From a virus (taxonomy: Duplodnaviria; Caudoviricetes), in the IMG/VR virus record IMGVR_UViG_3300035505_000178: a DNA stretch of 64,000 nt, one strand, 5' to 3'. A program made the position numbers and the translations under genes. Position 1 is the stretch's first letter. Each line of letters begins with the position of its first letter. The notes beneath the pieces were generated by a model. That model was not told the DNA's origin. It made no database searches and was given only the letters and a program-made list of their open reading frames with translations. Shown here piece by piece: positions 9,932 to 15,700 of the stretch.

Positions 9932-9995
9932 GTTCCAATAGTTTAGATATTAGAACGCAACAGTTGAAACTCAGGAGAATAACCTGATTGGAACA
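9932..9995 (+). ncRNA. tRNA-like RNA with truncated anticodon arm
   Basis: GTTCCAA/TTGGAAC acceptor, GTTT/GAAC D stem, TCAGG/CCTGA T stem; anticodon arm is only CAACAGTTG. Confidence 0.6.
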
Positions 9996-9999
9996 AAAT

Positions 10000-10072
10000 T
10001 GGGATATGGTGTAATGGTTAGTCACTACAGTTTTTGGAGCTGTCAGTACAAGTTCGACTCTTGTTATCCCAA
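10000..10072 (+). tRNA. tRNA-Gln(TTG)
   Basis: TGGGATA/TATCCCA acceptor; loop TTTTGGA; T loop TTCGACT. Confidence 0.92.
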
Positions 10073-10081
10073 CAATTAAAT

Positions 10082-10166
10082 GCTCGAATGGTGTAATTGG
10101 TAGCCACGTCAGATTTAAGCTCTGATGGTCATTGCGACTGTGTGGGTTCGAGTCCCACTTCGAGTA
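10082..10166 (+). tRNA. tRNA-Leu(TAA)
   Basis: GCTCGAA/TTCGAGT acceptor; loop TTTAAGC; long variable arm. Confidence 0.92.
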
Positions 10167-10418
10167 CAAAGTGATTTATTAACACAGTAAGACTATAAAG
10201 GAATTATTTCTGAGGACGTAATATATTTTGTAGCAATGTAAATAAATCCGCTCGTGATTTAGAAGTAGGTACGTAACTATCTAAATTAAACTCAAGAGTC
10301 ATTTGAGGTAGAGTTTTTAGGGAGGGGTTATGACGTGCAGCCAAAACATAATTACAGGATGCATACTGTATATTATCATTTAATCGTTTTACTGATTGTC
10401 TGGTTTGGATTAAAGTTT

Positions 10419-10491
10419 CCCGTATTCGTATATGGAGTACGCTCCGACTCTAAATCGGTGAGGTCTGCAGTTCGATACTGCTTATACGGGC
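10419..10491 (+). tRNA. Amber suppressor tRNA (anticodon CTA), probably Gln-inserting
   Basis: CCCGTAT/ATACGGG acceptor; CCGA-CTCTAAA-TCGG anticodon arm; T loop TTCGATA; late genes carry in-frame TAG. Confidence 0.88.
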
Positions 10492-10494
10492 TAT

Positions 10495-10567
10495 GCTCCC
10501 ATCGACAAGTTGGTTAAGTCGTCAGATTTTCATTCTGGAGTCAGGGGTTCGAATCCCCTTGGGAGTA
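10495..10567 (+). tRNA. tRNA-Glu(TTC)
   Basis: GCTCCCA/TGGGAGT acceptor; loop TTTTCAT. Confidence 0.92.
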
Positions 10568-10605
10568 CAATATCGGTAGATTAATTTTTTTAATTTTTAA
10601 ATTTT

Positions 10606-10779
10606 ATGTTTATGCGTAAAGTAATTCTTTTCTCTGCCTTTATTTTGGGCATGATGTGTTCTTGTGGCAATAAGCCAGCAAATGTTTCTACTTCTGCAGA
10701 TTCAACAGCAGTTGATTCAATTGAAGTTGTAGATACTTTGTCAGTAGATACATTAACTCTTGATACTTTGTCAGAGTAA
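10606..10779 (+). CDS. 57-aa lipoprotein with repeated D-(S/T)-x motifs
   Basis: MFMRKVILFSAFILGMMCSCGNKPANVSTSADSTAVDSIEVVDTLSVDTLTLDTLSE; SPII-type signal with S-C-G-N lipobox (alternative start 10612). Confidence 0.8.
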   Translation: MFMRKVILFSAFILGMMCSCGNKPANVSTSADSTAVDSIEVVDTLSVDTLTLDTLSE

Positions 10780-10821
10780 TTAATTAGATTAAAGTGTTAT
10801 AGCTCACTTTAAAAGCTATAT

Positions 10822-10896
10822 TGGAGGTATAGCTCAACAGGTTAGAGCAATTGACTGTTAATCAATAGGTTATAGGTTCGAGTCCTATTATTCCAG
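10822..10896 (+). tRNA. tRNA-Asn(GTT), bulged acceptor stem
   Basis: ATTGA-CTGTTAA-TCAAT; canonical D and T arms. Confidence 0.85.
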
Positions 10897-11020
10897 CTAA
10901 AGAGATAATTAAGTTTAAAGGACACATTCTTAATTATCATGCACTTCTTTTAGAATATAAACAATAAATAATTAGTGCGTTATTTGTAGTTTATTTAAAA
11001 AATGTAGGTCCGTTTTTGTT

Positions 11021-11097
11021 TGATACTTAGTCCAACCGGCAGGACGCTCATCAAAGTACTGAAATGAGAGGTAGTGGTTCGAATCTGCTAGTATCAA
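11021..11097 (+). ncRNA. tRNA-like RNA with 12-nt anticodon loop
   Basis: TGATACT/AGTATCA, GTCC/GGAC, CTCAT-CAAAGTACTGAA-ATGAG, T loop TTCGAAT. Confidence 0.75.
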
Positions 11098-11135
11098 CAA
11101 TTAACCATATGTGATTTAATTTTAAAAATTGCTTT

Positions 11136-11163
11136 AATAGACGGTCTGTGAAGATAGTCTATT
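11136..11163 (+). repeat. Conserved GYGA hairpin, copy 1
   Basis: aatagac-GGTCT-GTGA-AGATA-gtctatt. Confidence 0.7.
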
Positions 11164-11295
11164 TTAAATGATGTATATGGTCAACATCAACGCAGTTCTA
11201 TTTCGCGAGAGAATGTGCAGAGAGTAAGGTGCAAGACAGTAATGGAGAGGGCAGAAGTTCTTGAAAGTACACGATGGAAGTATATATCATTAAAA

Positions 11296-11369
11296 GGATC
11301 CGTAGCTCAGTTGGTTAGAGCAATAGACTCATAATCTGGAGGTCATAGGTTCAAGCCCTATCGGATCCA
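11296..11369 (+). tRNA. tRNA-Met or Ile2 (CAT)
   Basis: GGATCCG/CGGATCC acceptor; loop CTCATAA. Confidence 0.9.
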
Positions 11370-11370
11370 C

Positions 11371-11464
11371 AAACCAGAGAAATCCAGGTTAAAATCCTGT
11401 TTGGAAATAGACTACACATCATTGTTTGCCTATTTAGCATATAGTAGAATAATGCGCTGGTTTT
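11371..11464 (+). ncRNA. Candidate circularly permuted tRNA-like RNA
   Basis: 3' half (ACCAG, T arm, AATAGAC) precedes 5' half (GCCTATT-TA-GCAT...ATGC-G-CTGGT). Confidence 0.5.
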
Positions 11465-11466
11465 AT

Positions 11467-11541
11467 AGACCGTTAGTTCAGTTGGTTAAGAATGTTTGTC
11501 TTACACACAAAAGGTCGTAGGTTCGAGTCCTACACGGTCTA
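11467..11541 (+). tRNA. tRNA-Val(TAC)
   Basis: AGACCGT/ACGGTCT acceptor; loop CTTACAC. Confidence 0.92.
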
Positions 11542-11561
11542 CTAAAGGTTAAACATGTGTG

Positions 11562-11589
11562 AACTTCTGGTTCGTGAGAATAGGAAGTT
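11562..11589 (+). repeat. Conserved GYGA hairpin, copy 2
   Basis: aacttct-GGTTC-GTGA-GAATA-ggaagtt. Confidence 0.7.
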
Positions 11590-11593
11590 TTAT

Positions 11594-11664
11594 CTCCGAT
11601 TGACCGAGTGGTTAGGTGAAGATCTGCAAAATCTTAAACATTGGTTCGAATCCAATATTGGAGT
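11594..11664 (+). tRNA. tRNA-Cys(GCA)
   Basis: CTCCGAT/ATTGGAG acceptor; AAGAT-CTGCAAA-ATCTT; U discriminator. Confidence 0.9.
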
Positions 11665-11666
11665 CT

Positions 11667-12107
11667 ATGATAAAACACAAAAGTAAAGACGCAAAAGAAG
11701 ACCTAGAAACATTTCGTAAATTCTCTTCTGAACATTTAAAAAGTAGAAGAGAATATTATGGACATCTTTGGGAAGATGCTCCAGAAGAGTTCAAGTCTGA
11801 TATAATAAATCAGATTAATAAGGAAATGGAATGGATGTTTGATTTACATCCATATTATGTAGGTAAGAGATGGTTACAATGTAATGCTAGTAGATACCCT
11901 CGTTACTGTAGAGTTAGTAACATTGAATGGGAATTTCCAGATATTACTAATAGTGATAAATTATATCCTGTTGTAAAAAGTATGAAGATTGATGACCACG
12001 ACGTAAATGGAAAAATTACCTACAGTATGACCTATGAATATCCAGAAGAAGATTGGTTCTTAGATGGATGGGTCAATCGTAAGTCAAATGATATAGATGA
12101 TGATTAA
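11667..12107 (+). CDS. Hypothetical protein within tRNA cluster
   Basis: Start moved to ATG 11667 because the track start overlaps tRNA-Cys. Confidence 0.7.
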   Translation: MIKHKSKDAKEDLETFRKFSSEHLKSRREYYGHLWEDAPEEFKSDIINQINKEMEWMFDLHPYYVGKRWLQCNASRYPRYCRVSNIEWEFPDITNSDKLYPVVKSMKIDDHDVNGKITYSMTYEYPEEDWFLDGWVNRKSNDIDDD

Positions 12108-12158
12108 TTTTATAGTTTAAGTTAGTGTATAAATAATTTGTTTGTGAAAATAGATTAA

Positions 12159-12242
12159 TGGAGTGCTGCAGAGTTGGCGAACTGCGATAGACTGTAAATC
12201 TATTGACTTTGGTCTGAGGGGGTTCGAGTCCCTCCACTCCAA
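12159..12242 (+). tRNA. tRNA-Tyr(GTA)
   Basis: TGGAGTG/CACTCCA acceptor; ATAGA-CTGTAAA-TCTAT; long variable arm. Confidence 0.9.
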
Positions 12243-12269
12243 CGTATTGTGTTTTAGATAATCTGATCA

Positions 12270-12295
12270 ATGACTGGTCTGCGAAGATAGGTCAT
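12270..12295 (+). repeat. Conserved GYGA hairpin, copy 3
   Basis: atgact-GGTCT-GCGA-AGATA-ggtcat. Confidence 0.7.
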
Positions 12296-12296
12296 A

Positions 12297-12361
12297 GCAA
12301 TGTAGTGTAAGGAGCACGCTCAAAAGCTATGAGAAGTTTAGGTTCGATACCTGACATTGCA
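12297..12361 (+). ncRNA. tRNA-like RNA with 6-bp acceptor and non-canonical anticodon arm
   Basis: GCAATG/CATTGC, GTGT/GCAC, CTCA-AAAGCTA-TGAG, TTAGG-TTCGATA-CCTGA. Confidence 0.7.
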
Positions 12362-12427
12362 ACTCGTGTTTTCATGGTACGCTTATTAATTTAAGCATAT
12401 TAATTTTTTGATTGTTATTAATTTATT

Positions 12428-12459
12428 TAGGTAATTGGTTCGTGAGAATAGATTATTTA
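12428..12459 (+). repeat. Conserved GYGA hairpin, copy 4
   Basis: taggtaatt-GGTTC-GTGA-GAATA-gattattta. Confidence 0.7.
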
Positions 12460-12464
12460 AAAAC

Positions 12465-12554
12465 TGGGATGCTTGGTACAGAGTTGGAGAACTGTAACAG
12501 ACGATGAATCTGTTGGCATTTTTGCCTGAGTAGGTTCGAATCCTACCATCCCAA
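12465..12554 (+). ncRNA. tRNA-Tyr-like paralog with aberrant anticodon loop (CGATGAA)
   Basis: TGGGATG/CATCCCA acceptor; D arm nearly identical to tRNA-Tyr; G33; 6-nt acceptor-D linker. Confidence 0.75.
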
Positions 12555-12664
12555 CTAATTATGGTGATCGTACAATATCAAATTGGAATTGGTTTTGATT
12601 TTCAACCAATAGTTGTAAATCATTATATTGAAGAGATTAAATTATTTAATAAGATAAGATTAAA

Positions 12665-13528
12665 ATGAAAGATTTTTTTAGTAAGTCTGGTATTACCAGC
12701 ACAGATGCAAATTTTTATGCGAATCTTGCACAAGAAAAGATTCAGAATAAGTTGAAGCAAATAGAATCAATGTCTTTTGTGAATACTTACGTTCAAGTCG
12801 TTGGAACAAACGGAAAACTTTTGATGTCTAAAGGAGTACATAAGTATAATATAGATGAAGTAATTAAAAATATTACAGAAGCTAATTCATTATGTGCTTG
12901 GTTAAGAGAAGCTATCAAGTATAAGGATCAGCTTTTAAAAGAAGCAGAACAAGAACTTAATAAAACTTATGAAGTTCCTTGTCCAGAACCTCCTGTACGT
13001 CCTACTCCTCTTACAGAAGATGACATCATCGCTCAGATGGATTCTAATGAGTATTATAAATACTTAGCATTGGAATCTGCAGCAGCTACTTATGGAAAAA
13101 TTATCCATCCTAAGAGACCGTTTAGCATTGCTAGACAGGATCTTTTGGATAAAGTTAATAACCCAATTTCTAAAGAAGGAACTGGAACAGATACAACTTT
13201 GTATTATTACGAAGAAACTGTTAATCCTGATGAAATTGAGGACTATTTTGAGAAATTGCAGAATGATTATAGAGCTTTTGAGAAAGAGCTTAATAACATG
13301 AAAGCAATAATTAAGGATCGTCTGGCTAAAGCTAATATAGACCTCGAAGAGGAATATAAGAAAGCTTATGCTAAATATCACCAAGAATATGTCGATTGGA
13401 CCAAAGCTGGTTCAGACTTCTATTGTAATCAGAAAGAGAAAGTTATTAATGAGAAAGATAGAATATCTAAGCTCAAAATTAAAATTCCTACTGATTTACA
13501 AGACATATTCAATAAAATCTCTAAATAA
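12665..13528 (+). CDS. Coiled-coil hypothetical protein (287 aa) with downstream structured RNA
   Basis: ORF track; helical, with a Pro-rich hinge PCPEPPVRPTP. Confidence 0.85.
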   Translation: MKDFFSKSGITSTDANFYANLAQEKIQNKLKQIESMSFVNTYVQVVGTNGKLLMSKGVHKYNIDEVIKNITEANSLCAWLREAIKYKDQLLKEAEQELNKTYEVPCPEPPVRPTPLTEDDIIAQMDSNEYYKYLALESAAATYGKIIHPKRPFSIARQDLLDKVNNPISKEGTGTDTTLYYYEETVNPDEIEDYFEKLQNDYRAFEKELNNMKAIIKDRLAKANIDLEEEYKKAYAKYHQEYVDWTKAGSDFYCNQKEKVINEKDRISKLKIKIPTDLQDIFNKISK

Positions 13529-13535
13529 TTAGAGT

Positions 13536-13704
13536 TATTATAGAGAGAACGAGAAATCATAATGGACATTATATAAGTTTTAAATTTAACTTCTTCTTGG
13601 CAGGGATTACACAATTTTACAAATTGTCTTTGTCTTCGTTTGTAATTCCTGGTCTTTGTCTTAGTTTTTAACTTAGTCTACGCTTCTCGTTTCTCTCTAT
13701 AATA
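13536..13704 (+). ncRNA. Candidate structured RNA with hexamer repeats
   Basis: 20-bp closing stem 13536-55/13684-704; inner stem CAGGGATTACA/TGTAATTCCTG; GTCTTT-type hexamers. Confidence 0.6.
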
Positions 13705-13804
13705 TTTTGTGTATCAGTTGCAAGTTATCTTTAAACTTGATGACTGTTGTCTCTAACTTCTCAACAAGATGAATTGGAGGGGTGCTTATCCTTAAAGCAA
13801 ACCT

Positions 13805-13852
13805 AAAAGTGGATACGTATTCAGATACACAAATACGTAATCCACTTTTTTT
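13805..13852 (+). terminator. Intrinsic terminator
   Basis: AAAAGTGGAT-ACGTATT...AATACGT-A-ATCCACTTTT plus T run. Confidence 0.7.
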
Positions 13853-13871
13853 ATTCTAATAACATTACTTT

Positions 13872-14204
13872 ATGCTAGAAAGAGTTAACAAAAAAGTACA
13901 AGTAGATTATGAATCCAAAATTAAAGAGATTCTAGACGGATTTGACTTTGAAACTACTAGTTGTGTAATGAATGAATGTCTACTTCCAGTATGGGATGAT
14001 GATTGTGAAAGAATTATTGATCGTACTTCTTGGACGATTGGTGATAATACGGCAACTCCTTCTTTACTAAAAAGAATGGCTTCTGATTTGTTACATAGAG
14101 TCGTAGATGAAAGATTAAGTTCGATTGCATCTGGTCCATTCAAAGTGACTAGAGTTGGAGATTACCTATCATTGGCTTTTGTTTATTGTGACTATGATGC
14201 TTGA
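13872..14204 (+). CDS. Hypothetical protein
   Basis: ORF track. Confidence 0.7.
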   Translation: MLERVNKKVQVDYESKIKEILDGFDFETTSCVMNECLLPVWDDDCERIIDRTSWTIGDNTATPSLLKRMASDLLHRVVDERLSSIASGPFKVTRVGDYLSLAFVYCDYDA

Positions 14205-14607
14205 AATATATACCGATGGGGCATATAGTTCAGCACGAGAAGCAGGAGGAATAGGAATTGTATTTGTAAAAGATGGAAAGAAATGTTTAGAATATAATAA
14301 ACGATTTAAAAATACAACTAATAATAAATGTGAATTGTTAGCTGTAATATATTCTTTATCATTGATTAAACAACTTTATAATTCAATTGTTATTTATTCT
14401 GATTCCCAGTATGTTATCGGTTGTGCAACTAAAGGTTGGCAACGTAAAAAGAACGTATCATTATGGAACAAATATGATTCTGAATTTAAAAGAGTTTCAG
14501 AATTAGGAAACAAAATCGAATTTGTTTGGGTTAAAGGACATAAAGATAATTTGTTTAATAACATCGCCGATGAATTGGCAGTACAAGCATCACAATGGAT
14601 AGACTAA
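14194..14607 (+). CDS. rnhA: Ribonuclease HI
   Basis: IYTDGA, TTNNKCEL, SDSQY, WVKGH, N..ADELA motifs. Confidence 0.95.
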   Translation: MMLEIYTDGAYSSAREAGGIGIVFVKDGKKCLEYNKRFKNTTNNKCELLAVIYSLSLIKQLYNSIVIYSDSQYVIGCATKGWQRKKNVSLWNKYDSEFKRVSELGNKIEFVWVKGHKDNLFNNIADELAVQASQWID

Positions 14608-14843
14608 AATATGCATCTACTAATGAAGCTGGATATTCTTGGTATTTTGATTTAGTACTTACTAAATACGCTCAAGAAAAATTATCTAAAGAGTATTATG
14701 TATGTGTCTTAAAGAAAGATCCAGAGCCTGGCGAAACATTTTTAGTTAAAGATGCTAAAATAATTATGGAGCTTGACAGTGACATAGAAAAAGCGGCATG
14801 TAAAATTGACATCTACGTTTTTGCCAATGAAAAGCAAGAATAA
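14595..14843 (+). CDS. Hypothetical protein
   Basis: ORF track. Confidence 0.65.
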   Translation: MDRLKYASTNEAGYSWYFDLVLTKYAQEKLSKEYYVCVLKKDPEPGETFLVKDAKIIMELDSDIEKAACKIDIYVFANEKQE

Positions 14844-15210
14844 AAGTTTGTGTAAAGTTGCATCCATTTTTCAACCATTTGATTATGGATATATCTTAGA
14901 ATATGAGTTAAAAGCATTAACTAAAATGGCAGAGTTTTTTAATTCTGACAAAACATATTCTGTAGATGCTAAGCTTTACGCAAAACAAATTGAATTAGCA
15001 ATCAAATTGCTGAGAATCGCTATTGGTAGAGATTCTAATTATAAAGATGGATTTTATTATGGTTATACAAATGATAGAAATTGTCGTAGATTTTTAAAGG
15101 TAAATCCACCTATTAATGATGGAATACTTTTAAATGGTCTAAGAGAACAAAAAGCTTGGTATTTGTATAATAAGATGAGAGCTTATAAAATGCAATTATG
15201 GTGGGATTAA
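14827..15210 (+). CDS. Hypothetical protein (C-terminal WWD)
   Basis: ORF track, ATG 14827. Confidence 0.7.
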   Translation: MKSKNKSLCKVASIFQPFDYGYILEYELKALTKMAEFFNSDKTYSVDAKLYAKQIELAIKLLRIAIGRDSNYKDGFYYGYTNDRNCRRFLKVNPPINDGILLNGLREQKAWYLYNKMRAYKMQLWWD

Positions 15211-15212
15211 TT

Positions 15213-15326
15213 ATGAAGTACAAGAACAAAAAGAAAAAATTGGCAGACAGACAAGCATGGTGGGATAAACAATCAGAGTTATATAAGAAAGCAACAACTA
15301 GACCAGGTTCAATTAAAGTAAAATGA
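15213..15326 (+). CDS. Small basic protein MKYKNKKKKLADRQAWWDKQSELYKKATTRPGSIKVK
   Basis: Fills the gap; ATGA overlap with the next gene. Confidence 0.6.
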   Translation: MKYKNKKKKLADRQAWWDKQSELYKKATTRPGSIKVK

Positions 15327-15700
15327 TAGAAAATCTAGATGCAGCTATAAAACTTGTAAAAGATTACAGAGCTGTAAAAAAAGAAGACATTGAAAATGTA
15401 CTTGGTGAAGATGAATGGGATGATCCAGAAGAAATTCTAAGAGATGTTACAGGATTTGGACATAAATATAGTTGTCCGTTATGTCGAGGATGTAATGGAA
15501 AATGTACTTTATGTATTCATTCTTTAGATACAGAGTATTTTAAACTTCCTAAAAAAGATCGTGAATATCCAGCTCCTTGTATATTTCATCCTACTTACGA
15601 TGCAATTTGCAACGCAGAATCAGTACAACAATTATTAGATGCACTTTCAGCTAGAGCAGATTACCTTGAAACTTTAATTGACAAATATGACAACGATTGA
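15323..15700 (+). CDS. Cys-rich (Zn-binding?) hypothetical protein
   Basis: CPLC..C...C..C, PC motifs. Confidence 0.7.
   Translation: MIENLDAAIKLVKDYRAVKKEDIENVLGEDEWDDPEEILRDVTGFGHKYSCPLCRGCNGKCTLCIHSLDTEYFKLPKKDREYPAPCIFHPTYDAICNAESVQQLLDALSARADYLETLIDKYDND

Noticed and set aside
10205-10270. Hammerhead ribozyme (CTGAGGA core)
   Set aside because: No correctly placed GAAA or stem II/III found.
9876-10517. Track ORFs 9876..10169 (-) and 10335..10517 (+)
   Set aside because: They overlap tRNA genes; spurious.
12073-12270. - strand ORF
   Set aside because: Antisense to tRNA-Tyr.
11098-12463. CRISPR array interpretation of the repeated hairpins
   Set aside because: Repeats are structural rather than identical, irregularly spaced, and no cas genes are present.
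10000-12660. HDV-like theta ribozymes at tRNA 3' ends (known from recoded gut phages)
   Set aside because: No nested double-pseudoknot pattern recognised by eye; a motif search is needed to exclude it.
13620-13690. DGR template repeat or coding microsatellite
   Set aside because: No reverse transcriptase or matching variable repeat in the window; no credible ORF.
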